Shown: piece by piece, positions 27,809 to 40,619 of the stretch
Numbering within the stretch: position 1 is the first letter of the stretch
Layout: each line of letters starts with the position of its first letter
Source: Hydrolagus affinis
Taxonomy: Eukaryota
Assembly: GCA_012026655.1 (NCBI GenBank)
Contig: JAAILG010000587.1
Coordinates: 1 to 64,000 of the forward strand
Length of the DNA: 64,000 bases
Reading direction: 5' to 3'
Program-made: the position numbers and the translations under genes
The notes under the pieces: generated by a model
Seen by the model: the letters and a program-made list of their open reading frames with translations, nothing else
Database searches by the model: none
What the model was told of the DNA's origin: nothing

Positions 27809-27897
27809 TGTACATTCTCTAAACAGATAGAGAAAATGAATAATAGCCTAAGACAGATGAGCTAGGATGATGAACACCTTTCCACATAGTTGGGTTA
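27809..27897 (+). repeat. Local direct repeat A, copy 2
   Basis: See 25266-25356. Confidence 0.85.
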
Positions 27898-30800
27898 AGT
27901 GTTTGAAACCTCAGAATAGTTCAAAGTGCTGTTACGAATATTGTGTAATTAGTATATATGGCAATCCTTTTTTAATTATTTAAGTGAACAGGAATAAAAG
28001 GCGCATTAGATCAAAAGAACAAACGGGGCCACGGAAGAGAGAACAATTGAAGCCTCCCCCTGAAACAAAAAGGTCTGATTCTCTGTCACTTTCAACTTGC
28101 CAAACTCGCATCACCATTAATTTTCAATCTGCAGCAGCTGTCACAATTGAAAGTTGTTAATAAAGATGGGGAATGGAAAACACTTGGGATGTGAGCCTGT
28201 CACAGCTGAACTGCACCTGAGTCTTGGAACAAACAGAAAGCCTGACGTCCCTTGGGTATTTGCTGCAACCTCCTGCAGTAGTCGAACCGTTTTTGTTTCT
28301 TCCGTGAAAGATGCTGATAAAATAAACACCTGCACTATAGCACAGCGTGTCCTGAAAAGCGCACAGTGTTTCTAGGTTTGTAATAGTATTTTTTGTAAAC
28401 TGAGACCTGCATGGCTCTGCCTTAAGAGCCACCTTTTAGGAAAGGATCAAAGTTGAAGTGCACTAGAGTTAATCTCTGAAGCACCCCATTGTGAAGCCAT
28501 GTGATCTAGCTTTGATCTGAGTTTCCCAGAAACACGGATTTGCTGTAGAGAGGCAATCGTCAGGGATTTGGCACTCACATAAAGCGAGGAGGGGAATTGG
28601 AAATGGGCTTTAGGTAATTTCCGCTGAGAAGATTGTAAGGCTCAGTATTTTTGAGCTAGAGAGGAGTCAGACCCATCAGAACTCCCACCTTTGATTACCA
28701 TACTGCGTCCACATTGGTGCCACTTTGAAAATCTCACCTTCGGTTTGAAGATTATGGGTTCAGGCCTCAAATTGGGTTCAGTTGATTGCCCAGGCGAGCA
28801 TCCCCCAATGCAGTCCTCCAGAATGCTGCATTTGGCACAGGGAGGGGGGAAAACTGGGGAGAAAAATAATGTTGATGCAATCAGCAGAGGTCCTGGGGCA
28901 GGTGGTCAGACTGGTCTCTCTGTGTGACCAGTACGTTTGGTGATGCAGCTTAAAGGATGGGCAATACGTACAATGTTTGGTATTTTAGAAGCAAAGGCAT
29001 CAACCATTCTTCCATCAATGTATTTCTGAATTTCTCTACTTCTTGCAATTATGCAAACAGACTCTCAAATTCCTGGCAATGACTGGTGTGTTATATCAAA
29101 TTAATTGATTATCTTAAGCAGAATGGGCAGGTGAATAATGCAAAGACGAATAGCTTCACCAAGGCTGAGCCAATTATTCCGTTGGACTTGTGAGGGAGCG
29201 GTGATAGCATATTGGAAGAAGTAGTAAGCATGTGTACACAATGGAGTGTAACCATTAGCAAGATGAAAAAGGAATAGGTTTGGGTGTGACTTATTAATCA
29301 TTTGCTGGCAGTTTCCAGATGATGTGAAGTTGCTGTCAGCAAAGCTGTCAAATACTAGGTTGCATCTTAAGGGGATAGAGAGCACGTTGAAAGAAGCTAT
29401 ACTCCCCCCTGTATTGATCAATGTTGAAGCCAGGGTCTGGAACGCTTTGTATACTGTTGCATGAAATATGAATGGGTACAGGCTGAGATGATATAATACA
29501 ATGCTGTTAGGTGAGAGTTGCCTGCAGTAGAGTAAAGAGGGTAGGTTTGCACAGTCAGACTGAGGAATGGTTAGGATTTTTGTGTAATTGTTTTAGGTGT
29601 TCAAGAACCCCAATAATGGTATGTGAATATTTTCCCTCAAATGTGATCTGTGTCACCCAACACAGAGGCAGGCAGCAAATCTATGCTGAGAGTTCACCCA
29701 TTTGGGGTGAAAGTTGGGGACTGTGTAGACACCCATGATAGGAGACGTTTTATGTGATCTTGGAAGGATAAATCAAACGCTCTTTTGTTTCATGCCTCAT
29801 TGTGTTCTTGGATAGAGATTGATTTTTAAACTAAAAGGATTTAACTTCAAGCAATTGTAGAGATCCTACACTATTCAGGATTCTTATCTGTTTGAAATAG
29901 CACAACAAAAGCGTCCTCAATGCCATTTCCAAAATAGAAAATGCTTATGTACAAATTGCTTCTAATCTTACAACTGAGAGCACATGAAAGCTACCCACAG
30001 AGATCTTCAATAGGTTAGTATTTGTTCATTGTGAACTGATTTTTGGACTGAATTGTATTCTCTTAAATTTGCCAATCACAACAAATGTTGTTCAGTTTGT
30101 TCTCCTGAATTGTTGCACTGGAGGAGTTATTTGTCGCTCTACCATGCAGGGATAAAGACTGGTGTATGCTCTTTAATGCACCCCAAGTCGGATTCATTCA
30201 TGTGAATGCTATTGCTCAAATATGATCTTTGTCGCACAACACAGAGGCACACACACAAATGGTTCTTTACATACCTTGTAATAAACATCTGTGTGTATAA
30301 TTTATGTATATGAAACAATCAGATGAACTCAACCCGAAAAGGATGTTGATTGTCTTTCCTACCATTTAGGCTGCTTTATTAATATTTCTTTGCTACATGT
30401 GATGCGAGACCTGATAGAGAATGGCCTGTTAAACCTTCAACACAATGTAGATGCACTCGCAGTCTTTTTGTTTGAGAGTAGTCCAATTTCAAAGTTGAGT
30501 TCGAAATATTACCTAGTGGTGTATGCTAAAGTAAATCTACAAATCATCTTAACTAACATTTCATCCTCATGCTGCAAATGTATTCATCCTCCGGTAAATT
30601 TCTTGTGACTGAAGGAAATGAATGCACAGAGTAAAAGAGAACAGACTTGACATCGGTGGTGCTAATGATTGAGCACACTGCTCCTAAATTCAACCACTGT
30701 CAGTCCTTTTTGGTTGAAAATGACTCACAGTGACAGGATCATTTTAAGAATTGGCATGAAGTGCTCATCTGTTTTTTTTTCTCCTTTTCCTTCAGCACGA

Positions 30801-31007
30801 TGTTGAACTACATTGTCATTATTCTCTGGAAGTCTGAATGGTTATTCAGATTCAAGTGGTAGCAGAGGATCGAGAATACAATGTCTGCGTGAGAGCACGA
30901 CTATGTGATCTTATTTTGCACCATTGAAATAAAACGCATAAGATTTGAGGATTATATTGTTCTGTCAGGATCAGAACAAATGAGATTCAATTGTATAATG
31001 ATCAAGA

Positions 31008-31048
31008 TATATATGTATATATACAGTATATATATATAATATATATAT
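31008..31048. repeat. (TA)n microsatellite, imperfect
   Basis: tatatatgtatatatacagtatatatatataatatatatat. Confidence 0.85.
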
Positions 31049-31199
31049 GGCTGATTGATTGACTCTGGTTATCAGCACAGGACACAAAGTGATTTGCATC
31101 TTTATCAAATCTCTAGATTTCCAAATTATGGTTTTACGTTGGTGTGTCCAGAAGCATTAAGATCATCTCAATTCGCTTTCAATACTTTAATTCAGCTTT

Positions 31200-31572
31200 A
31201 TTAATAATAACAATAGTAATCCTTGCATTTGATATCACTTGTTTCACGCTTTCAAGACATTTCAAAGTGCTTCACAGAATATTTATAGACGTTTATTTGA
31301 GGAGAACGGGTTTGCGCGATTATGGGAGAGAGCTGGGGAGTGGGATTGAGTTGCCAGCACAGACTCGATGAGCCGAATAGCCTCCTTTTGTGCTGTAAGG
31401 TTCTATGATTCTATGAATATGCTGTAAAGTGAATTGACTGTATATTTGTGGGCGAAATGTGGCAGCCAATTGCGCACAGCAGTGTCCCACAAACAGTAGT
31501 GGATTGAAATGACCAAATTATTATTTTTTCTTGAGGGATTATTATCAGGCATTATAAGGAAACTTGCCCAGT
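31200..31572 (-). mobile_element. tRNA-SINE family copy interrupted by a CR1 insertion
   Basis: SINE sequence at 31200-31282 and 31415-31572 is contiguous in the other copies. Confidence 0.88.
31283..31414 (+). mobile_element. CR1 3' end fragment nested in a SINE
   Basis: Matches 54690-54830, ends in ttctatgattctat, and is flanked by GAATAT duplicates. Confidence 0.88.
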
Positions 31573-33886
31573 CAGAGATTGGATCGGAACCGCTCTAATG
31601 GCCGGGGAAATGTTTGGCATACATAATGAGTGAACCTCCAAAATTAATCGAGCAAAAATTGCAGAATAACAATCAATCTCTATCTTGCAAACTTGTCTTT
31701 GCCTCCCCAGCTCTACGGTATTCCAAAGCTCTTTATAACCTCCTGAGATGTTTTAGTTTTAAACCTGTATGCTCTCAAGCTATGGTCCCATAGTCTAGGT
31801 CAAATTGGCTTCCTTACATCTACCTCATTAGCCTCTCTCATCTGCATGACTGAATCATTTGGGAGAGGAGAGTGGAAACTGGGAAAGGAAAATCAAATAA
31901 AATGTTGGGCAGCAAAGCTTTGCAAAGGGATTTAGTGCTATTGGAGCGAGAATGCTTAACTTCAGGAATAAATGAACAACTAATTAGCTGCACAGAGCAG
32001 CTATTCGAATACCAATGTTAGTAACAATGTGATTTAAAAAAAAACGCTTCATGCAACACAATGTACTTACCTGGTGACTGCACATAAATTTGCACCAATT
32101 TGAAATCCCTCATCGTCACTGACTGCACTTATTCAGGTGGTATTTACTTTCTGAGGTCACTGTCATAGTTCCATGTTGACCATTTATTTCTTAGTTTCAA
32201 GCTTTATGTTTCAATGGAATCAAGTTCATTCTAAGCTCTCCTCTTAAGAAGTGGTTTCAGAATTGAATCAAAAGGTTGTGATTTAACTGTACTTTTACTA
32301 CAGCTGATGCAAAAGGAACTTTGAAAGTTTGAGACCACTGAATATTTTATTTTAAAAATGCATTTGATGCTGCTTGGTGAGATCGGAAAATGCTCTCAGG
32401 CAAGAATAATTTGGCAAGGATTAGTTCTGTGAATCACTATATATACACACACACACCACCAGATCATCCAAGTCATCTAAAGTCATAAGTCATGGTTCTT
32501 GTTGCTTTTCTCTGAATCCTCTCCATTTATGTCCGTTTGAGTTCTGTTATATACTGTAGTACATTAACCAGGACAAGCACCAGACATTATTTTTACTCTA
32601 TGAATAATAGACATTCCACGCGTACTGGACCATAAGGTACTCCATAACCACAGCAATAGTACTTGTCTTCTTTCATAAGAAAACAATGGACATTCTGCAC
32701 TGAATTATTTGGTATTCAGTGTAGAAAAACGCAACACTAAAATAATCAGCGAAAATACATTTCAAAAAGACATCTGTGTCCTTTATAAAATCTGATTTCT
32801 TTAATCAGATTTGTGAACTCAGTTGGGCTGTTTGAATAGGGACTCCATTGGTTTTAGTCATTTGGAGTTAGGATGGCATAATTCTTTTAAATCTGCAGTA
32901 AATCTATATGTTTTTGACAGAAGATGAAGAGAAATTAAAGGGACCTAATTTATGCTAATCACTAACAATCACAACTTTATACATAATAGGATTTTATAAC
33001 AAATGGTTTTCTAAGCAGTTGTTGAATTCAAACAGGTTCAGTGTCAATTTTAATATGTTTGCTAGAAACGTATTGTCTGTCTTAAGTTCTCTGATTTATA
33101 AAAATATATGCAACCTGGATTAGTATAATCATTGACATGAATATTAAAGTATTGAATCACTTTATAAAATTCATAAATCCTATTTCCAGTAACAAATAAT
33201 TTAGTCAGTAGCTCTTTCAGTAGGACAGAATGATTGTTAAATATGTTTAATTTTGCCAATGCAGTTCATCGATAGAAGGATTTACTAGTTAATCTGTATC
33301 AAAGAAGTAAAAAAAACTTTGGAAAATTGGACTTGATAGATAATCTCTTTAGCTATTAATTTACAATTTTGTTGGCATAACATCAAACTACAATCTTTTT
33401 TTAAATGTGAAGGTGGCTACACAATAATTATATATAAATTAATTAATTCACCATGTATTGTAAAGCTTGTTCATTTCATCATCGGTAACCTGAAGTACAG
33501 TACTGTATCACAAAAGACACATGTTATTCCAGTCAGTATATTATAATCTATTTTACTCCAGCAAGATTATATCCATCTGCTCTCTGCAAAATCTGATTGT
33601 TTGAACTAATATCTTATAAATAGATTTCCCAAATAAATCATCCTTAGCTGAATAATTAATTCAAGGATGTCAGCCTTAGAGTTTTTAACATTCAACTACA
33701 ATTTGGGTTTAAATATTGCATTTCCGATTTGCATTCTTTCTGTGATAACATCCTGTCAATTTTGCTAAACATAGAAGTAAACAACAGGGGGTATTCGTAA
33801 TTGTGGATTGGTGAGCATTGCTACTAAGCCATTTAACCATCACATACCAACGCTACAAACAGATTGCCCTACAATTATTAGGAATA

Positions 33887-33961
33887 GATGTCTAGAAGAC
33901 TGAAAAGCGCTGCATCAAGTGCCAGGATTATTATTATTATTATTATTATTGTTATTATTAT
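33887..33961 (+). mobile_element. SINE tail remnant with (ATT)n microsatellite
   Basis: gatgtctagaagactgaaaagcgctgcatcaagtgccaggattattatt... Confidence 0.7.
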
Positions 33962-34124
33962 ATCTAGCCCATCCCCAGGTATCCAATACATTCATCTTTA
34001 TAACTTTATCTCATTACCACCAACACTGCTGAAATTCCTTTACCTTTCACATATTTCAACTCATTCAGATCACCAAGGTCACAAACTCTCATTGTTTTGT
34101 CCAAGGGGTTGCGTTCTTTCATTA

Positions 34125-34242
34125 TAATAATAATAATAATCCTTGCATTTGATATAGCGCCTTATCATGTCTTCGAAACGTCTGCAAGCCCTTCACAACA
34201 TATACTGCACGCTGAATTGATACTATATTTTGTGGCCCGAAA
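34125..34242 (-). mobile_element. SINE 3' fragment
   Basis: taataataatccttgcatttgatatagcgccttatcatgtc... Confidence 0.78.
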
Positions 34243-34315
34243 ACATTCATGAATGTTTGGTTTTCAAGTCCTTCCACTGTACTTTACCTGTTTAGTCTTC
34301 TCCAAATCTACATAC

Positions 34316-34451
34316 TGCTGTGTGCAATTGGCTGCCGTGTGTTGCCCACAGAATACACAGTCGCTACACTTTATAGTATAATCTGTGAAGCACTTTGTGG
34401 TGCCTTGACAATGTGATGAGGCGCTATATCAAATGTCAGAATTATATTATA
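34316..34451 (+). mobile_element. SINE 3' fragment
   Basis: tgctgtgtgcaattggctgccgtg...tgtgaagcactttg...ggcgctatatcaaatg. Confidence 0.78.
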
Positions 34452-34810
34452 AGTATCAGTTGATGTTAGCTTTACTGAACCTTGTTGTTCGCAAACTATC
34501 TTTTGGTTTAAGCAAACAGTGATGCACCTTTGTGAATCACTGTATATTGCTGGATGAGGAATTAGGTAATAAAAGTTCACTGCACTTAATACATCACAAT
34601 TATCATTTATATTGACACATGGATGTTTGACTTCTGCCATATTGGAGACGTCTGCATTGTCAATCAGCTATGGCCTTGTCAACTTTGGGCTGAACTCTAT
34701 TGGTTCTAACTGCTTTATCCCCACCTGGGCTCAGTGGTAGCTCGGCAAAGGATGAAGACTAAACCATTTACAACAGCACACAATTGACGCTGCGATTTCT
34801 GTCGTTTCAG

Positions 34811-35006
34811 GTGAAATCTGTGCTTTTAAAATCCATGGACAGGACGTGCCATTCGAAGCGGTGGTTTTGAACAGGACGTCCGGGGAAGGTGTTTTGAGAG
34901 CAAAAAGTCCTATTGACTGTGAACTTCAGAAAGAATATACCTTCATCATCCAAGCGTATGACTGTGGGGCTGGACCTATTGGAACCTATTCAAAAAAATC
35001 ACACAA
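34811..35006 (+). CDS. CLSTN2: CLSTN2 exon 3 equivalent (cadherin repeat 1)
   Basis: gtttcag|GTGAAATC...TCACACAA|gtaaga. Encodes (G)EICAFKIHGQDVPFEAVVLNRTSGEGVLRAKSPIDCELQKEYTFIIQAYDCGAGPIGTYSKKSH(K). Absent from the ORF track. Confidence 0.96.
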
Positions 35007-35226
35007 GTAAGAAACCAACTGCCATCTAACATTGAAAATGAATTGTTAATCAAGTACTGTGTTATTCAATTGATGTCATGATATATGATCAGCAGCTAAT
35101 GGAATTAAAGTGCATTTGGAAGATCATCTCAAAATCTAACACTACAGTATTCATTTGAAAAGATGAGTTGGTGAGCAGCATTCTCATTTGCCTTTTTGCT
35201 GCTTAGAATTTTATGGATTGTTTACC

Positions 35227-35286
35227 ACAACAAAATTACACTTGTATAGCACCTTTCACGTCAGGAGGATGTCCCAAGGCGTTGGA
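35227..35286 (-). mobile_element. L2 3' tail fragment
   Basis: caacaaaattacacttgtatagcacctttcacgtcaggaggatgtcccaaggcgttgga. Confidence 0.78.
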
Positions 35287-35834
35287 AATAAACACCTTTT
35301 TTCTTAAAAGGAAAACGGGAATTAAAATCCAAACATTTTCCTAGCAAATAATGTTATCTCCCCAAAAGCTTTCTATTCAGCCTTCCTACATTACTAAGAT
35401 AACCTCACAGAAGTCCTGTCTCCACAAATTGTGCTTTTGAGACGTCTCAAAGCGCTTCACATGATGTACTGTAAAGTGTTACGACTTTATTTGTGATAAC
35501 ACCATCTGTCAAGTCAAAATGGTGAGAAGGAATTCTATTTTCAATTACCGGTAGGTATATGTTCGTTTTATTTTTGTCTCTGTCGCCTGAACAACAAGTG
35601 ATGTTGACGTCAATCGTAATGACAAGGTAGCAGAGAAGAGATCTCATTTAATGTGCATCTGAAGGTAAAGCACCACTGAGTTAATGACCAATTGTGTTTA
35701 CATTAAATCAGCTGCTCAACTGACCTCAGTAATTCTAGCTTGTTCTCCATGACTTTTAAAAATATATTCTAAATAAGAAAGCAGCAGAAGGTTATCAACG
35801 AAAACTATTTGACTCGAATAGGATTAGTTGAGGT

Positions 35835-35905
35835 ATGGATCAACCATGATCTAATTAAATGGCGATCAGGTTCTAAGGGCCTACTCCTGTTCCTATGTTC
35901 CCATA
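35835..35905 (+). mobile_element. CR1-like 3' UTR remnant (different subfamily)
   Basis: ggatcaaccatgatctaattaaatggcga...aagggcctactcctgttcctatgttccc resembles shark CR1 3' ends as I recall them. Confidence 0.55.
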
Positions 35906-36288
35906 GACTACTAGGGGGTACTGATATGGCTTGCTTTTTAGAGTGAAGAAAAGAGTCACTTAGGTGAAGCTGTAAGCAAGCAACCTCTTTCATAGTTAAC
36001 CACAGAGATCTTTTACGCTGTGGGCTAATATTTTCCCCTTTCTCCATTTCCTTTTACTGGCTTCATCTTTTCTTCCCTGGGTGTAGGATCCGCATTGAGG
36101 AAGATTGTTCAAACAGTTAGCCTACAGCGGGGAGTAAATCTATGAGTAATTACCTATAGTGCATCACGTTGCTGTATAGCATGTCCACATTTAGTTTTTG
36201 TGTGTGAGCACTGAACAAATGATCCTGTAGATGTTTTATTGCAGACGCTGGAAGCCTTAAACAAGCTTTTTGTCTTTTCTGTCTTCAG

Positions 36289-36497
36289 GGCAGTGGTGCA
36301 CATTCAAGTGAACGACGTGAATGAATATACACCAGTGTTTAAAGAGACTGTGTACAAAGGTGCAATCACAGAAGGGAAGTTGTACGACAGCATTGTGCAA
36401 GTGGAAGCAGTGGATGAAGATTGCTCTCCTCTGTACAACCAGATCTGCAACTACAAAATAGTGACACCTGACACACCATTCGCCGTTGACAGAAACG
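36289..36497 (+). CDS. CLSTN2: CLSTN2 exon 4 equivalent (cadherin repeat 1/2 junction)
   Basis: gtcttcag|GGCAGTG...AGAAACG|gtaagg. Encodes AVVHIQVNDVNEYTPVFKE...EAVDEDCSPLYNQICNYKIVTPDTPFAVDRN with cadherin Ca-binding motifs. Confidence 0.96.
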
Positions 36498-36785
36498 GTA
36501 AGGTTTTAAGGAATGAGAATGCATTGTAGTGTAGTCTTGACATGTTAGAATTCAAGGATCCAACATCAAAGGCTTCAACTGCACTTAAAATAAGGCTTAG
36601 AATTATGCTATTTGCTTACAATTTTAAAATGGTATCTTTATTTTCCTCTGGCTTCCTATCTTCCTCCACGTCACACACTTTGACTGAGTGGGTAACCAAG
36701 TGAAGCTCTCTCTGATATTGAGCTTGAGCTAATAGAAGGTTTACAGGACTGCCTGACTCCTGTTCCACTCTCTTTCTCACTTATC

Positions 36786-36847
36786 TAAGCGCTCTGAGAC
36801 GCCATCTGGCGTGGATGGAGCTATATAAATCAAAGTTGTTGTTGTTG
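36786..36847 (+). mobile_element. L2 3' tail (same subfamily as 16110-16168)
   Basis: aagcgctctgagacgccatctggcgtggatggagctatataaatcaaagttgttgttgttg. Confidence 0.8.
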
Positions 36848-37536
36848 TAGTACCAGCATCTCCACAATGCACCTCTATCAGCAGATTTAATTGAAAATGT
36901 GGATACATAATGTGGAAAGTTGGCAACTCCATCACACAACTTCCTGCTCTATGGCTCTCAAAATATCAGCAGGCAGGCTATCTTATTTTATGTGACAAAC
37001 GGTAATGGGGTCCCAGAAACATGAAAAGGGTAAGATTGGTCAAAGTTATGGGTGAGAAAGGAAATAGCAAACTGGGTAAACTCAGAGACTTGGGAACCGA
37101 TAAAATGGAGGAGCGTAAAGGAATAGAACAGATAGGAGCGGGCATATCAGAGTGTGGAGTTCATGGGTGTGGGGTACGGGGATATCTTGCCTCACTTAGC
37201 TTCCGAATTATCAGCCGAATCTTCACAACATATGTTTTTGGCACCTCAAAGTGAAGTAATGCTTATACTGTAATCTGGAGATGAATTAAAAACTAATCTT
37301 AGCAATGCTTTGTGTGTCTGTGAAAGAGAAAGCAAACATTTGGGGGAAATGCTACTCTTAGGATACATTGGAGCCAAGAGGTACATTAATAATAAAGCTA
37401 AACTAGAGCATGTGAGTGAAATGCCAAGATTATTAATCCATTTAAAAAAAACATTTTAAATGAAAAGCTGAAATCTATGTGTTGTGTCATAACCTCCATT
37501 TGCTTTGATAAAATAAAAACTTTGTTTTTATTGCAG

Positions 37537-37686
37537 GTAACATTAGGAACACGGAGAAACTGAGCTATGACACAGAGCACCAGTATAAATTCCTGGTTAC
37601 AGCATTTGATTGTGGTCAAAAGAAAGCAACCGAAGATGTACTGGTTCACATTGAAATTAAACCAGTCTGCAAGCCGGGCTGGCAAG
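37537..37686 (+). CDS. CLSTN2: CLSTN2 exon 5 equivalent (cadherin repeat 2)
   Basis: ttgcag|GTAACATT...TGGCAAG|gtaaga. Encodes GNIRNTEKLSYDTEHQYKFLVTAFDCGQKKATEDVLVHIEIKPVCKPGWQ. Confidence 0.96.
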
Positions 37687-37859
37687 GTAAGACAGATGGA
37701 AATAAAATCTGAATGCTGAAAATCCAAAATCATTTTTTAAAAAGAAAGAATTAAAGTGTTTTCAAACCTGAAACTCAAGTCTTTCTTTGCTTAAATATCA
37801 AGTTAGTTTTGCTCTGTTGATGGAGCTTTCACGTATTGAACTAATTGGATCAAGCCCCA

Positions 37860-38190
37860 AGTGAACAACTGAGTTCAGAGCAGTGCAATATCTGGGAGTG
37901 CAACATTGTTGGAGGTGATATTTTGGATGAGTTGTTGAAAAACAAGAACCTGCCTACCTATTTGGAGGAACAGTAAAAAATCCCTTGATACTATCCAAAA
38001 GGAGAAGGGACATTCTGTCAATGTCCAACCATCATCTAATTGGGAATTTTCCGCAAGGTATTTGTGGGACTTTGCTGATGTAAATGTAAGTGACTTGCAA
38101 AACCAATGTCCCTACTTCTCAGCATCTGACTCTGAGGAGTATCAAGACATTTTGACACAATAATGAAGGTGCTATAAAAACATAAGTTCC
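37860..38190 (+). mobile_element. Highly decayed DeuSINE
   Basis: cagtgcaatatctgggagtgcaacattgttggaggtg...gtaaaaaatccc...tttgtgggactttgctg...gaaggtgctataaaaa. Confidence 0.55.
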
Positions 38191-39529
38191 TTTTTCAGCT
38201 TCTGATTGAAATGATCCTGCATTTTCTACAGTTCTCAGTTGTCATTTATTGTTTTTAACATGTGCTTTTTCTCACTTGGATTCCAATCTGTACCTCAGTA
38301 GCATGATCAAAGCAGCTGCGTAGAGACATACAAGCAAAATTCCACATTATATTTCCGTGGTAGAATGTCATAATATCACAAAGCATCACAAAATACTGTC
38401 AAAAGATTGAGTTGCATAAAAGCTTGTTGGGGAGCTTCTTCCCTTACCTAAACACTTGTTGGAAAATGAAATCTACCAATCCAGCGATGTGATTAATCTC
38501 TCCAGCCGAAACCCCCATCGTTCATGATTTATCAAGGCAACTTCACTGAGAGACAGCTCTATCACATTGCTAGCCATGATAGATATCCCTATGATATTGT
38601 GCAGATGTTTTATTTTTTATACACTTGGTCGCTGATACCATACAAAGCTAATCCAGATGTGCTGTGACAGTGCATCAAATTTAGTTTTACATTCTTTTTA
38701 TTCATTGAATTGTGCGGTATTTGGGGGGGGCTTGAGTTAAAAGGGGGCAATTGGAGCTCCCTTGAAGATAGTTAAGGGAATTAGTAGAGAATTGGGTCAA
38801 CCTCGACTGTTGCACCTACAAACTTTCGACGCTTGAAAAAAGGATAAGTTGGAGAGATATTGGAGGAGGTTGCTCAACACCTATGAATGCATTCCTCAAC
38901 AAGAAACTGCACTTTCAGAGGAGAAAATTGACTGACGGATTGAAGAGTTGCTATGTGGGTAGGTGTGAGTCACTGCAGAAGCTTTGGCAGCCGTGCCCAC
39001 TTAGCTATGGAGCTGAAAGCATTTGATTCACATGAATTACTTTTCAATGACACATAAGGGGCAGATGGAAATTAAAATATTAATACAACATTAACAATTT
39101 ACTAGCAATAATCCACCAAATTCCTTTAGTGCATCTTTAAGAAGAAGAACCATGCCCCTGGGATGAATAGAAGAAAACTTGGAGCTCCCAGTATTTTTTC
39201 ATGCATAACTATTGACCTTTTACCCTCCACTAAAATAGAATATGCTTTTGGTTTATTTGCGGAAAAGCAAGTGTGTCGGCCTATATTTTGTCAGTAGTTT
39301 CACAGCTGTTGTATCTGGAGAGTTTTGTCGGCTGTTTAGATGCGCGCCTTGGATTTGTGTCTACTAGAAATACTTAAGTTGCAACATTAATATTGTGATT
39401 TGTAGTAATACTGTATTCACACTGTGGGATTAGTCTGCTATTGCTATTCAGCAACGTATTCAAATGCAACTTGAATTTATTCAACTTAGAGAGGGGGAAA
39501 ACGTCATTGTTTGTTGACTATTGTTTCAG

Positions 39530-39715
39530 GCTGGAGTAAGAGAATGGAGTACGAGTCTGGGTCTGGGAGCAAAGCCTTGTTTGCCAACATTCACCTGGAG
39601 ACCTGTGATGAGCCTGTTTCCTCCATCCAGGCGGCAATAGAACTTCAGACAAACCATATCGGAAAGGGCTGTGACCGTGACACTTACTCTGAGAAATCCT
39701 TGCAAAAGATGTGCG
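39530..39715 (+). CDS. CLSTN2: CLSTN2 exon 6 equivalent
   Basis: gtttcag|GCTGGAGT...ATGTGCG|gtatgt. Encodes GWSKRMEYESGSGSKALFANIHLETCDEPVSSIQAAIELQTNHIGKGCDRDTYSEKSLQKMC. Confidence 0.96.
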
Positions 39716-40619
39716 GTATGTGATGATATATTGTTGTTTCATTTACACTGAGACTCTTTCTATTCAGCTGATTTTGTCACTAACTGAACCGTTCCCCTGT
39801 TTTGAGCAAGGATGTAAAGTTCAGGTATTTGGAGATGATGGTCAGGCTATTCTTTCATCATGTTTACTTATTGTATATTAGTGTAACAACAGTGTGGTTT
39901 AAAGGGAACAGAATGTTTACACCTTTCATATCGAGAAGACATCTTAAAGCATTTAATTCCATTGATTGGGAACTTGAAGTGGCCAAATAACCTTAATCAA
40001 CTTCAACAATATTTGTGGCAGTGCCAATACGAGTCAGTGATTCAGTTATAATATTTAGTTATTAATGTTGCATTAATAAATATGTTCAAAGGAATAATTC
40101 CTAAAAAATCTAGAATGAAAATGTCTTAGTATTTCATAGGGGGGAAAACCTTCAGGCACAATTGTAATCATTGAATGGCTGATAGCTTCACATGGTTGGG
40201 ATGATTTTTGTTTAAGAATTCTACTTTGTTCTGTCCCATTTAATATCTCCTGTTTTTTTTTCCATTTAATAAATCAAATTCAAAACTGTCCTTCGTGATA
40301 AATAGCATAATAGTGTTTTTTTTCCCTCAATCCGCACTATGTGAATTTAATTTCACATTCAGTTGGCCTTGCTTCTTATCACATTGTTGTAGTGAAAGAA
40401 CTATAGATAGTAATGTATGATGTGTGTTATATGATATTTAAGGTTTGGGATATAACAGAGTGCAAAATGTAAACGAGTGGTGGGGGGGTAGGGATTGCCA
40501 TTTGACAATGGCCAGTAAAAGCTATCCAGGTAGTTGTATGGGTGATCTTACAGGTAATTGAAATGGCATGTGATTTATCAAATGGATCCGTAATACATAC
40601 CCTCCTATCCTCCTGTTAC

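Larger units (their letters stand above)
1..34810 (+). other. Distal part of the large CLSTN2 intron 2
   Basis: No exon-2-like peptide (NKHKPWIE...DKDAP) or other credible coding exon was found upstream of 34811. Large first introns are typical of CLSTN2. Confidence 0.75.

Noticed and set aside
30770-30900. Strong acceptor-like site (ttctccttttccttcag) as a CLSTN1-type microexon in intron 2
   Set aside because: No convincing donor at a frame-preserving distance and no recognisable peptide.
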